In this document: piece after piece, positions 17,105-26,578 of the stretch | How positions within the stretch are numbered: the stretch's first letter is position 1 | Layout of the letters: every line of letters starts with the position of its first letter | Assembly (NCBI GenBank): GCA_040389905.1 | Contig: JAZJZK010000023.1 | Coordinates: forward strand, 189,250-253,249 | Reading direction: 5' to 3' | DNA from: Gemmatimonadota bacterium | GTDB taxonomy: Bacteria; Gemmatimonadota; Gemmatimonadetes; Gemmatimonadales; Gemmatimonadaceae | Length of the DNA stretch: 64,000 nucleotides | The notes under the pieces: generated by a model | Seen by the model: the letters and a program-made list of their open reading frames with translations, nothing else | Told to the model about the DNA's origin: nothing | Databases searched by the model: none | Program-made: the position numbers and the translations under genes

Positions 17105-18619
17105 TCAGATGAGTGCAGCCGACAGCGACTTCCTGACCCCGGCGCGACTCACCTTGCCGGCGGCGTTCCGCTCCAAGTGCTCGACGCGCCAGATGCGCTT
17201 TGGCGCCTTCACCGACCCGAGTTCGGCCTTCACCCACGCGATGAGATCATCGTCGGCAACCGCGATTCCGTGATGCAGGACCACGGCCGCGTGCACGGCC
17301 TCGCCCCACTTTGGGTCCTCCAAACCAAATACCGTGCATTCGACGACTGCGGGATGCCGAGCGAGCGACGCCTCGACTTCAGCAGGGAACACCTTGAAGC
17401 CACCGCTGTTGATCACCTCACGCAGCCGTCCGCGAATAAAGAGGTAGCCGCGGTCGTCGATCATGCCGAGATCTCCCGTGTGGAGCCATCCGTCGATGAT
17501 CGTGCGCGCGGTTTCCTCAGGGCGATCGAGGTAGCCACTCATGAGCAGCGGTCCTGCGACGACGATCTCCCCAACCTCGCCGGCTGGACGCAGTGAGCCG
17601 TCAGCGCCCATGATCTCGATCGTCGCGACCGACGATGGCCGGCCGACGGACGCGAGATTCTCCTCGATCAGCAGTTCGTTCGCTCGCATTCCGGCGATGA
17701 TCTGTGGCGCTTCGACCTGTCCGTACGCCGTCTCGATCACCGGCCCAAGGACACGCTGACAGTCGCGAATTCGTTGCGGCGGCATTGGCGCCGCAGAGTA
17801 GATCACATGGCGCAGCGAATCAAGCACAGCGGACGTCGCCGCCGGCGAGTCAATCACCGCGTAGAGGAGGGTGGGCGGTGCGTACATCGTGGTGACGCCG
17901 TATCGCGCAATCACGTCGAGGACCGCCGCCGCCCTGGTGTCCGCCAGCAGGACATGACGGCCACCCATCTCGAGAATCGGCAGTACGAAGCACGACGCGC
18001 CATGCGTCAGCGGTGCCGCAATCAAGTTGACGTCATCAGGGCAAAACTCGAAGAAATCGCGAATGCCATTCGCTTGCGCATTGAGGCATCGGAGCGATTG
18101 CACGACCGGCTTCGGCACACCCGTGCTGCCGCCACTGAACTTGATGATCTGCGCGTCCTCCATGGTGCGCTCGATGCGCGTTGGACGCTTCCCTGTCCAC
18201 GCATCGATCAAACCACGGATACTGGGTTGGGCGTCGCCGCCCGACGCTCCGCTGATGATCACGTGTGCTGAACGCGGTGTGAAGCGCGCAAGGCTCGCCG
18301 CGTCGGCGACGACAATCGACGGACGTGTTGCCGCGAGCATCGCCTCGAGTTCAGCGCGTCCGTTCCGCGGGTTGAGGGGCACCCACACCTTCCCAGCGGC
18401 GTACGTCGCGAGCAGCGCGATCAGGTGTTCGACGGTATTGGGTGCGCAGATCGCGATGCGGCCTTCCGCATCGAGGTCGATCGCCTGAAACGCGGCAGCG
18501 AGCGCGTCGACGGCAACACCGAGCTCGCCGTAGGTGACGTCTCCACGATCTGCTCCCGAAATCGCAATTGCCTCGGGGTTCCTCGCGATGCTCGCGTACA
18601 GTCGGTCGATTGGTCTCAG
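17105..18619 (-). CDS. AMP-dependent acyl-CoA synthetase/ligase, probable CTG start
   Basis: FSGGSTGVPK, YGQVE, WLHTGD, PKWGE, GKV; frame stays open and protein-like for 77 codons upstream of the first GTG. Confidence 0.88.
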   Translation of the reverse strand: MRPIDRLYASIARNPEAIAISGADRGDVTYGELGVAVDALAAAFQAIDLDAEGRIAICAPNTVEHLIALLATYAAGKVWVPLNPRNGRAELEAMLAATRPSIVVADAASLARFTPRSAHVIISGASGGDAQPSIRGLIDAWTGKRPTRIERTMEDAQIIKFSGGSTGVPKPVVQSLRCLNAQANGIRDFFEFCPDDVNLIAAPLTHGASCFVLPILEMGGRHVLLADTRAAAVLDVIARYGVTTMYAPPTLLYAVIDSPAATSAVLDSLRHVIYSAAPMPPQRIRDCQRVLGPVIETAYGQVEAPQIIAGMRANELLIEENLASVGRPSSVATIEIMGADGSLRPAGEVGEIVVAGPLLMSGYLDRPEETARTIIDGWLHTGDLGMIDDRGYLFIRGRLREVINSGGFKVFPAEVEASLARHPAVVECTVFGLEDPKWGEAVHAAVVLHHGIAVADDDLIAWVKAELGSVKAPKRIWRVEHLERNAAGKVSRAGVRKSLSAALI

Positions 18620-18787
18620 GCGCTGCTCCGTTGATGGGAGCCACTATTCTCGTGTGCACTCCGCGGTCGTGTCAACGTCGTGCGGCCGCCCACGGGTACT
18701 TGCTCGGCTGATTGGGATCGGATAGTCTCGTAACGAGTTGTCATCCACGTGGATAACGGTGCGACGTCCACCCGATCACCGCCTCGC

Positions 18788-19726
18788 ATGAGCTTCCCGA
18801 TCCTCGGTCTGCATCACGTCACGGCAACGGTCGACGATGCACAAGCCGACCTCGACTTCGCGATCGACGCGCTCGGCATGCGTCTGGTCAAGAAGACCGT
18901 CAACTTCGACAATCGCGGCGTCTATCACTTCTACTACGGCGACGAACGAGGAACGCCCGGCTCGCTGTGGACGACCTTTCCCTATCGCACACGGAACGTT
19001 CCGGCGGGCATCAAGGGCGCGGGGCAGGTGACCGTCACGTCGTTCTCCGTTCCGGCCGCGTCGCTGGATAGCTGGAAGGCGCGGCTCCGGGCTCGCGGCT
19101 TCACGGTCACCGATGCCCCGCCTCGCTTCGGCGAGGAATCGATCGTCGTGGCGGATCCTTCGGGACTCCTCATCGAGTTGATCGGCACTCACGGCGACAC
19201 GCGCGACCCATGGGTCGCCAACGACATCGGTATGGCGTCGGCGATTCGCGGCATTCACAGCGTGACGATGACGGTGGACGATCCGAAGCCCACGGCGGCG
19301 TTCATGCGCGAGTGGTTCGGCTTCGAACTTTCCGAGGAAATGGACGGGCGACGTCGGTTGACGGTGAATGGAACGGGGCCAGGCAAGTCGGTGGACATTC
19401 TCACCGCCGATGGGCCGCGTGCAAAGAACGGCGTCGGGACGGTGCATCACGTGGCAGTCGCGATACCCGACACGGCTGAACAGTTGAAGCTCCGCGAAGC
19501 CCTGGTCGCCCGGGGAATCGACGTCACGCCGGTGATGGATCGCTCATACTTCAAGTCGATCTACTTCCGCGAGCCCGGCGGTGTGCTGTTCGAGGTCGCG
19601 ACGCTCGCACCCGGCTTCGCGGTGGACGAGCCGCTCGAAGAACTTGGGCGGGGGCTCAAGCTGCCACCGTGGGAAGAATCGAAGCGGGCGGAGATCGAGG
19701 AAGCGCTTCCTCCGGTCATCTACTGA
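18788..19726 (+). CDS. Ring-cleaving dioxygenase (MhqO/PcpA-like VOC)
   Basis: GLHHVT, LVKKTVNFD, YHFYYGD, GTVHHVA, DRSYFKSIYFREPGGVLFEVAT. Confidence 0.92.
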   Translation: MSFPILGLHHVTATVDDAQADLDFAIDALGMRLVKKTVNFDNRGVYHFYYGDERGTPGSLWTTFPYRTRNVPAGIKGAGQVTVTSFSVPAASLDSWKARLRARGFTVTDAPPRFGEESIVVADPSGLLIELIGTHGDTRDPWVANDIGMASAIRGIHSVTMTVDDPKPTAAFMREWFGFELSEEMDGRRRLTVNGTGPGKSVDILTADGPRAKNGVGTVHHVAVAIPDTAEQLKLREALVARGIDVTPVMDRSYFKSIYFREPGGVLFEVATLAPGFAVDEPLEELGRGLKLPPWEESKRAEIEEALPPVIY

Positions 19727-19727
19727 G

Positions 19728-20375
19728 ATGGATCCTCACGCGAATCAACCCGTCGTGCACGCTGGCGCGCCTGTCGAGAGCGCCGATGCGGTCATGGTCA
19801 TGGTGCACGGCCGAGGCGCTGGACCCAATGGCATCTTGAGTCTTGTCGCACCACTCGGCCGCCCGCGCTTTGCGTACCTCGCTCCCTCCGCCTCCGGCGG
19901 CACCTGGTATCCATTCAGCTTCATGTCGCCGCGCGAGCAGAACGAACCCGGTCTCAGTTCGGCGCTCGGTGTGCTCGACGCGCTCGTGGTCGGACTGCTC
20001 GAACGCGGGATTCCGTCGGAGAAGATCGTGCTCCTTGGATTCTCGCAGGGCGCGTGTCTCGCGTCGGAGTTCACGCTTCGGCATCCTCGGCGATATGGTG
20101 GCCTCCTGGCGTTGAGCGGTGGATTGATCGGGCCTCCGGGCACGACGTGGGACGACGTCACCGGCTCGCTGCACGGCGTTCCCGTGTTCCTCGGTTGCAG
20201 TGATGTCGACGGGCATATCCCGAAGGAGCGCGTGATCGAGAGCGAGGCGGTGTTCAAACGACTCGGCGCGCGCGTTAAGCGGACGCTATACCCGGGCATG
20301 GGTCATCTCGTGAACGAGGACGAGATCGCCGAGGTGCAGGCCGTGATGGACGCGGTGTCGATTACGACGCCATGA
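19728..20375 (+). CDS. Phospholipase/carboxylesterase (MhqD-like alpha/beta hydrolase)
   Basis: VHGRG, GFSQG, SDVDGHIP, GMGH. Confidence 0.88.
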   Translation: MDPHANQPVVHAGAPVESADAVMVMVHGRGAGPNGILSLVAPLGRPRFAYLAPSASGGTWYPFSFMSPREQNEPGLSSALGVLDALVVGLLERGIPSEKIVLLGFSQGACLASEFTLRHPRRYGGLLALSGGLIGPPGTTWDDVTGSLHGVPVFLGCSDVDGHIPKERVIESEAVFKRLGARVKRTLYPGMGHLVNEDEIAEVQAVMDAVSITTP

Positions 20376-21406
20376 GCGACCGATCCAGCCGCGCAACGCA
20401 CCTGTTCTTCGGCGGTGACGCAGCGACCCACCTCCCCCGCGTCCTCGCAATCCTCGGCGCCGAGCGCGCGTTCGTCGTGACGACCGGAGGGCGATCCGCC
20501 GCAATGATCTCGCCGGCAGAGATACTTGGCGAGTCACTCTGCGATGTGTTCAGCGACGCGCGCGAGCACGTACCGGTGGACACCGTGGCCGCGGCGCTCG
20601 CTCGTTTCGATACCGCGCGCGCCGACGTTTGCATCGCCATCGGTGGCGGGTCTGCCATTGGACTCGGAAAGGCGATCGCGCGAGCGCGAATCGTTCCACT
20701 CGTTGCAGTACCGACGACGTACTCTGGATCGGAGATGACGTCGATCTGGGGCGAAACGAGCGCGAACGGAAAGATCACGGGGCGCGATCCTGCGGCAAAG
20801 CCTCGGGTGGTCATTTACGATATCGCGCTCACTTTCGGGCTACCGGCTGATGTGAGCGCCGCGAGCGGCATGAACGCGATCGCGCACGCAGTGGAGGCGA
20901 TGTACGCCGGAAATGCGACGGACACGACGCGCGACGAGGCGGCGGAATCCGTACGATTGCTGAGCAGTAGCCTTCCTGCCATCATCGTGAATGGGGCCGA
21001 TGCTCTTGCGCGCAAAATGGCGTTCGAGGGCGCGCATCTCGCCGGCAAGCTACTCGACGCAACATCGATGGGACTGCACCATCGGATTTGTCATGTCCTC
21101 GGTGGAAGCTTTAGGCTGCCACATGCGCGCACCCACGCGTGTGTGCTTCCACACGTGGTGTCGTTCAATGCGCCCGCCGCCCTCGATGCGATGACGCGCC
21201 TCGGCGCCGCGATTGGGAACGCCGACGTCGCCGCCGGTCTCGCTGCGCTCAATCGCACGTTGGGTCTGACTGCGACGCTCGGCGATCTCGGTCTGCGCAG
21301 CAGCGATGTGGAGCGGGCGGCCGACGAAGTTACCGCGACGCCCTACCCGAACCCGAGGCCTTTCTCACGCGAGGACATCCGCGCGATCCTCATGGGCGCA
21401 CTGTAG
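20372..21406 (+). CDS. Maleylacetate reductase (iron-containing ADH family)
   Basis: GGGSAIGLGKA, PTTYSGSEMT, NAIAHAVEA, MGLHHRICHVLGG, YPNPR. Confidence 0.9.
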   Translation: MSDRSSRATHLFFGGDAATHLPRVLAILGAERAFVVTTGGRSAAMISPAEILGESLCDVFSDAREHVPVDTVAAALARFDTARADVCIAIGGGSAIGLGKAIARARIVPLVAVPTTYSGSEMTSIWGETSANGKITGRDPAAKPRVVIYDIALTFGLPADVSAASGMNAIAHAVEAMYAGNATDTTRDEAAESVRLLSSSLPAIIVNGADALARKMAFEGAHLAGKLLDATSMGLHHRICHVLGGSFRLPHARTHACVLPHVVSFNAPAALDAMTRLGAAIGNADVAAGLAALNRTLGLTATLGDLGLRSSDVERAADEVTATPYPNPRPFSREDIRAILMGAL

Positions 21407-22343
21407 CGCCACGCGAGAGCCGAGCTGCAACCATACGACGAAAGGTCCCGTCTTCCAGGTATTTTTTGAGATGCTGCCCAGGGCAACCTGTGTCGGCATA
21501 GTTGTAATGCCCGCCGATCTTGTCGAGTGGCAGATCGAACTCCTTCAGCGCCCACGCCATCAGGTCGGCGATCGACTCCAATAGCGCGGGGGTCGGCTCC
21601 TGTCGCTCATAGTTGCCGATGATACTGATGAGAAAATGGCCGCCGGGGTCATACGCCGTGTTCGTCTCGCCCATGTAGTGCCAATCACGTCCCTCGTAGA
21701 TCTGCCCTTCGAGCCCGAGGAGGTAGTGATACGGGAGATCCCACCAATTGCGATCTCGCGCGCCCCACGTGAAGAGCGCGCGGAGTTTTGCGGCCGGATC
21801 ATCGGTTGGCTTGAGGGGCTGCGCGTCTCCCGTGTGATGCAGCGTGACGTGCGTGATGCGATGTGCAATGCGCAACCGCATGTCCGCGCCGCCGGCGCTG
21901 TCGGATGATGCGACGCGCGGCGGAAGCGACGCAACGGTGGCCACCTCCATCGCGACGAGGCCAGCGCCGAGCTCACCCGGTCCGTAGATCGCGACCACCG
22001 CGACGTGGTATCCTTGCCAGTTGAAGGCCGCACCCTCGCGCACGACGCGCTCATCTTTCACGTCGCCGAGCGCGAGACGCAATCGCGCGATGTCGACAGG
22101 CTTGGCGCCGCTCGAGTCGACGCTCGTCGACAGGACGGTCACCAGAAGTTCCCGAAAAGCGAGCGAATCGCCCGCGCGCTTGTTGCGACGCGCCGCGTCC
22201 GCGGCGTAGCCGAGCGGCGGCTCGGACTGCCACTGCGCGTGCGGGATGATGGGCGGCCGAGGAACCGACTCCGGAACGTGTCGCGGCGAACAACCGAGCG
22301 CGAATGCAGCGGTGAGCGCGGCCAACGGGCGATAGAAGGTCAT
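21390..22343 (-). CDS. PGRP-like N-acetylmuramoyl-L-alanine amidase lipoprotein
   Basis: ALGC lipobox; VTLHHT, WWDLPYHY, IYEGR, GHYNY..TGCPG (Amidase_2 zinc ligands). Confidence 0.85.
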   Translation of the reverse strand: MTFYRPLAALTAAFALGCSPRHVPESVPRPPIIPHAQWQSEPPLGYAADAARRNKRAGDSLAFRELLVTVLSTSVDSSGAKPVDIARLRLALGDVKDERVVREGAAFNWQGYHVAVVAIYGPGELGAGLVAMEVATVASLPPRVASSDSAGGADMRLRIAHRITHVTLHHTGDAQPLKPTDDPAAKLRALFTWGARDRNWWDLPYHYLLGLEGQIYEGRDWHYMGETNTAYDPGGHFLISIIGNYERQEPTPALLESIADLMAWALKEFDLPLDKIGGHYNYADTGCPGQHLKKYLEDGTFRRMVAARLSRGATVRP

Positions 22344-22407
22344 GTAACCGACGATAACACACGAGCCCGTGTCTCCGTCAGTTCGGATCTTCCTTTTTTA
22401 AGTTACT

Positions 22408-22441
22408 TGCATAGTATGCATGTACAATCGACATGTACATG
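22408..22441. promoter_or_regulatory. Putative autoregulatory operator of the TA operon
   Basis: AT-rich gap with palindromes TGCATA-G-TATGCA (22408-22420) and CATGTACATG (22432-22441); CATGTACA at 22419 and 22432. Confidence 0.5.
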
Positions 22442-22454
22442 AGGCTCGAGTCGC

Positions 22455-22757
22455 ATGGCCGACAAACCGAAGCGCGTCCGGGAACAAGCGGTCGTCTACC
22501 TGGACGAGCGCGATAGCGCACTGCTCGATGCGGTGGCGCAAAAGACAGGGTTGGCAAAAACCGAGCTTTTCCGTCGCGGGCTGCGCCGTCTTGCAGAGGA
22601 GATGTTGTCGGGGCCCAAAGCGGGCTCGTCTCTCGCATATCTCATTGCTACCGCCACCGACGACGCTCCTTCCGATATCGCGGAGCGCCACGATTTCTAC
22701 CTGTACGGCGGGGGATACGAAGCGCTGAAGAAAGGCAAGCGTGCGCGTCCTCGTTGA
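22455..22757 (+). CDS. vapB: Ribbon-helix-helix (CopG-like) antitoxin
   Basis: QAVVYL....ALLDAVAQKTGLAKTELFRRGL; C-terminal DIAERHDFYLYG; overlaps the PIN gene. Confidence 0.8.
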   Translation: MADKPKRVREQAVVYLDERDSALLDAVAQKTGLAKTELFRRGLRRLAEEMLSGPKAGSSLAYLIATATDDAPSDIAERHDFYLYGGGYEALKKGKRARPR

Positions 22758-23151
22758 TACGAGTGCGCTGCTCGCACTGTGCATGCGACGCGACCAATAC
22801 CATGCGCGCGCGGTCAAAGTCGCCACGCGTCATGTCGCTGAGGGCGGGAGGTATCTTGGCACGACGGCAATACTCAGCGAGCTGTACTCCCATTTGTTGT
22901 ACTTGAAGGGACCCGTGAATGCGAATGCAGTTCTGTCTCAGCTTCTCGATGATCCCATTCATGAATGGAAGGACGTGTCTGTCGCGCTCGTCCGTGAAGC
23001 GCAAGCGAGATGGCTCGCGCGATTCAACGACCAGAGCTTCTCACTCGTGGATGCGGTGAGTTTCGAACTCATGCGCCGTGAGCGCGTGAGCCGCGCCTTT
23101 GCCTTCGACAAGCACTTCGAAGTCGCGGGCTTCGAGTTGTGCGAGCCGTAA
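22741..23151 (+). CDS. vapC: PIN-domain VapC toxin
   Basis: VLVDTSALLA, ILSE, SLVDAVSF, FAFDKHF. Confidence 0.9.
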   Translation: MRVLVDTSALLALCMRRDQYHARAVKVATRHVAEGGRYLGTTAILSELYSHLLYLKGPVNANAVLSQLLDDPIHEWKDVSVALVREAQARWLARFNDQSFSLVDAVSFELMRRERVSRAFAFDKHFEVAGFELCEP

Positions 23152-24018
23152 GGGCACGCTGGCATACGCGGACCGCCGCCACACGACCACCGCGGCAGCC
23201 AGCGCACCGAGGGAAGGAAGAATCCCGAAGTCACCCACGAAGAAGTGGCTGTGCGGTGACATCACGGCCAGCGGATCGAGCACGTCCTGCACGGCGATAT
23301 TCTGCGTCGCGTGCAGCATTGCTGCCGGCCAGACGCTTCCCGAGGCAACGCGGATCCACGCGCAGAGTACCGCCGCCGACATCACGAACGTCGTGAACGA
23401 GAGCACGTCGACCCACCGCGCCCCCTCGCCATGGAAGTCCGCAAACAGGATGATCGGTAGGTGCCAGAGCGCCCACACGCAGCCGCTGATGAGCGCCGTG
23501 GCGCGAAAGGACGTGATTCGCGCCAGCTCCGGTACCAGGTAGCCGCGCCACCCGATCTCTTCACCCAGGGCAGAGGCCAACGCTGGCGCCAATCCGACCG
23601 TCACCGTGAGCATCCCGAAGGCACCAACCACGATCGGCACTGGTGCTCCCGTCCACCCGAAATCGGTGGCGATGGATGCCACTGTGCGGTGGTTTGGGAA
23701 ACCGATCACGCCGATTGACCAGGCCAATGAGTACACCGCGATGGAGAACCCGATCGGGAGCGCCCACGCCGCGATCTGGAACCGCCACGGCCAATGCCAT
23801 CCGATCTCGGAGAGGGGCCGGCGGCGCAGTCTGGATACGACGAGCGCGGCGATCCCCGGGCACCACATTCCGGCTTGCACAAAGAGCCAACGCCCAGTGG
23901 CCAAGTGGCCCGAGTGCAGAATGAGGGTAGCAAAGACGGCCGCGAGTGCCGCCGTCAAGGCGAGAAATGCGAGAATGCCGCTGATCGTCGAGCGAGTGGT
24001 AGGCTCCACTTCCGCCAT
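23041..24018 (-). CDS. CPBP (CAAX/Abi) intramembrane metalloprotease
   Basis: GEEIGWRGY, WALWHLP, HATQN; multiple TM helices; 3' end overlaps vapC. Confidence 0.88.
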   Translation of the reverse strand: MAEVEPTTRSTISGILAFLALTAALAAVFATLILHSGHLATGRWLFVQAGMWCPGIAALVVSRLRRRPLSEIGWHWPWRFQIAAWALPIGFSIAVYSLAWSIGVIGFPNHRTVASIATDFGWTGAPVPIVVGAFGMLTVTVGLAPALASALGEEIGWRGYLVPELARITSFRATALISGCVWALWHLPIILFADFHGEGARWVDVLSFTTFVMSAAVLCAWIRVASGSVWPAAMLHATQNIAVQDVLDPLAVMSPHSHFFVGDFGILPSLGALAAAVVVWRRSAYASVPLRLAQLEARDFEVLVEGKGAAHALTAHEFETHRIHE

Positions 24019-24194
24019 CCGCGGTTCAGTGAGACGACGGGTGTGGGGGTGACCAGACGGCGGCAACGTACAACTTCACGGTTGGGGTCGCCAGAACCGC
24101 TGCGTCGCACATCGTCGCGACGGCACGCGCATGGCCCGAGGGTTTGGGTTTACAGCAGCGCCCATGGCCGATAGAATTCCCATGGTCGATCGCA

Positions 24195-24791
24195 ATGGCC
24201 CTCATGCGCACTCTTGTTCGCTCGGCAATACTCTCGGGGTTCGCTGCCGTCGCAGCAGCGGCGCAGACGAAGCAGGATTTCGTGCCGCGCGATCCGTATT
24301 TGGCGAGCGTGCGCGCCGCACTCGACAAGTATCAGGATCCCGTCGCAGCGGTGCACGACGGATACTTCTCGACGCTGGGTTGCGTCGATTACCCGAAGGG
24401 CGGCAGCGGACACGACGAGATGGCGTACAAGCCCGGCGGCATGGGCGTGCATTTTCTCAACCCCGCGCTCATCGGTCCCAAGCTCGATCCGCTCAAGCCG
24501 CAAATTCTAATTTATGAGCCGGTCGGTAATCGATTGCGCCTGGTCGCGGCGGAATGGTTCGTCCCCACGGCGGTCTCGAAGGTGGCGCCGTCGATATTCG
24601 GAAACAAGCTGAATGGGCCGATGGAAGGACACGCACCGGTGCTGCCCGTCGAGTTGCACCACTGGGACCTGCACGTGTGGCTGTGGAAGGAGAATCCCAA
24701 CGGCATGCTGCACGCGACGAATTCGACGGTCAAATGCCCCGACGGGCCCTACACGTTTCACGAAGCAGCGACGAAGATCGTGAAGCCGTAA
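24195..24791 (+). CDS. Secreted His-rich hypothetical protein
   Basis: Signal peptide; GGMGVHF, DPLKPQILIYEP, LHVWLWKENPNG. Confidence 0.75.
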   Translation: MALMRTLVRSAILSGFAAVAAAAQTKQDFVPRDPYLASVRAALDKYQDPVAAVHDGYFSTLGCVDYPKGGSGHDEMAYKPGGMGVHFLNPALIGPKLDPLKPQILIYEPVGNRLRLVAAEWFVPTAVSKVAPSIFGNKLNGPMEGHAPVLPVELHHWDLHVWLWKENPNGMLHATNSTVKCPDGPYTFHEAATKIVKP

Positions 24792-24797
24792 CGCCGT

Positions 24798-25589
24798 CTA
24801 GCCGCGCGATGCTGGTGAAGCCAACCGTTCGATCGCCTGTAACCCCTCGTCGCCGATGTCGAGGCTGAAGGCGTTCACATAGAGCGCGATGTGCTGCGCC
24901 TGAACGGTTTCGGACATCTCCTGCGCGTTTGCGCGCACGTAGCCAGCGCTCGCCTCCGGATGGTCGAAGGCATACTGAACCGACGCACGAATCGCACGCT
25001 CGGCCGCGAGCAGCGTGTCGGCATCGAGATCGCCGCGCGCACAGATGCCGGCGAGTGGCACGGGCAATCCCGTTTCGGCGGTCCACCATTCGCCCAGATC
25101 CGCGGCCTTCGACAAACCGTGCTCGGCGTAGGTGAAACGACTCTCGTGGATAATGAGCCCGGCATCGACGTCGCCGTCGCGGACCGCGCTCAGGATGCGG
25201 TCGTAGCGCAACTCCACGACATGGCCAAGCCCCGGCGCGGCGAGTCGCAGCAGGCTGAACGCCGTGGTCTCTCGGCCCGGTATGGCGATGCGTCCGCGCA
25301 CGGCGTCCGCGAGCGACATCGGTGTTCGAGTGACCACGAGCGGTCCGACACCCTCGCCAAGCGCGGCACCGCTCCGAAGCAGGCGATAGCGGTTGCCAAC
25401 GGCAGCGAAGGCACCGACGCTCAGCTTCGTCAGGTCGAACTCGGCATGGTGTGCTCGGCGATTCAGTTCCTCGATGTCGAGCAGGACCGGTTTGATGCGA
25501 AACGGCGCCTCGACGAGGCCGAACGTCAGCGCATGAAACGCGAACGTGTCGTTGGGGCAGGGAGAGTAGCCGAAGGTCAGCTCGCGCAT
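24798..25589 (-). CDS. mqnD: 1,4-dihydroxy-6-naphthoate synthase MqnD
   Basis: GYSPCPNDTF, DIEELN, IIHESRFTY, HIALYVN. Confidence 0.93.
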   Translation of the reverse strand: MRELTFGYSPCPNDTFAFHALTFGLVEAPFRIKPVLLDIEELNRRAHHAEFDLTKLSVGAFAAVGNRYRLLRSGAALGEGVGPLVVTRTPMSLADAVRGRIAIPGRETTAFSLLRLAAPGLGHVVELRYDRILSAVRDGDVDAGLIIHESRFTYAEHGLSKAADLGEWWTAETGLPVPLAGICARGDLDADTLLAAERAIRASVQYAFDHPEASAGYVRANAQEMSETVQAQHIALYVNAFSLDIGDEGLQAIERLASPASRG

Positions 25590-26158
25590 CAAATGCCTTT
25601 CAGTAGCTGGGCGACGAGTGCCGGCGTCGCGTTCGTGATCGCGGCAAAGGCCGCCTCGAAACTCCACCGCGCGCGATCAGCTTCCTCGATTTCGTTCGAG
25701 ATCGCGCGGATTTCGATGGCCGGAACGCCTGCCATCTGTGCGGCACGAAGGACACCGAATCCTTCCATCGCTTCGACGTCGCAGCCAGATGTCCCACCGA
25801 CGTTGGCACTCGTGCCGATCGGCAACAGGGAGGCCGCAGGAAGCGCGCGCTGCGCTGCAGACACGAGCGTCGCGGGAGCAACGATCGTGTTTGGTGCCCA
25901 TTCCACCGGAACACGCAGGTCGCAGTAGCGTGACTCGGAGCCGATCACGAGCGAGCACGGGAGCAGTGCGCGATGGAGCCGCGCGCCCGCAATGCCCACG
26001 TGCACGATGAGGGACGGACGCTCCCGTGCGATCTCCGCCGCGGTCGCTGCGGCCGCTTCCACGGGCCCGACTCCACAGAGGAGTGTGCGCCATCCGCTCG
26101 GCGTCGCGAGCTCGCGTGCGGTCGCTGCAACTACGAGTATGCGATTCTGCGGGTCCAT
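25589..26158 (-). CDS. mqnB: Futalosine hydrolase MqnB (PNP/MTAN fold)
   Basis: VVAAT..E, GVGPVEAA, VGIAG, EAMEGFG, EIRAISN...DRARW; coupled to mqnD. Confidence 0.85.
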   Translation of the reverse strand: MDPQNRILVVAATARELATPSGWRTLLCGVGPVEAAAATAAEIARERPSLIVHVGIAGARLHRALLPCSLVIGSESRYCDLRVPVEWAPNTIVAPATLVSAAQRALPAASLLPIGTSANVGGTSGCDVEAMEGFGVLRAAQMAGVPAIEIRAISNEIEEADRARWSFEAAFAAITNATPALVAQLLKGI

Positions 26159-26244
26159 TGAGGATGAAGAATAACAGACGATCGGCGTGTAGATGAACAG
26201 CGGTGGGGAAGTGCGTCGAGGACGGCGTTGATCGGAGGGATTAT

Positions 26245-26416
26245 CGGATTTGACGGATTCAACGGATCGACACGGATCGTCCGATGCAAACGCTGGCCGC
26301 CGGAGTACGACACTCTCTCCAAGAACATCAAAGAAACTGAATAATGGTATTTCGCACACGACGGCATGACTGCACTCAGGATTGATCCGAAAAACCCGTA
26401 GAATCCGTCAAATCTG
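26245..26416. repeat. CGGAT-rich inverted-repeat element (family C)
   Basis: GATTTGACGGATTC.ACGG near 26247 pairs with CCGT.GAATCCGTCAAATC near 26396-26414; about 105-nt lower-GC spacer. Confidence 0.7.
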
Positions 26417-26448
26417 CTTCATTGTCAGTTCATGCTGTCATCGATATT

Positions 26449-26481
26449 CAGACCCTCGACCCATTGGCTCGCTCGGGGTGA
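26449..26481 (-). repeat. REP-like element, family A degenerate copy
   Basis: CAGACCCTCGAC...GCTCGCTCGGGGTGA is the reverse complement of the family A consensus. Confidence 0.65.
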
Positions 26482-26578
26482 GGTTTTCGTGATCCGATTT
26501 TCGCGGTGCGCGGCACTGGCTCCGGCTGCATCCGCGCTCCATCATTGAGCAATGTGCGCCACCCGTCAGATCGTCTCA

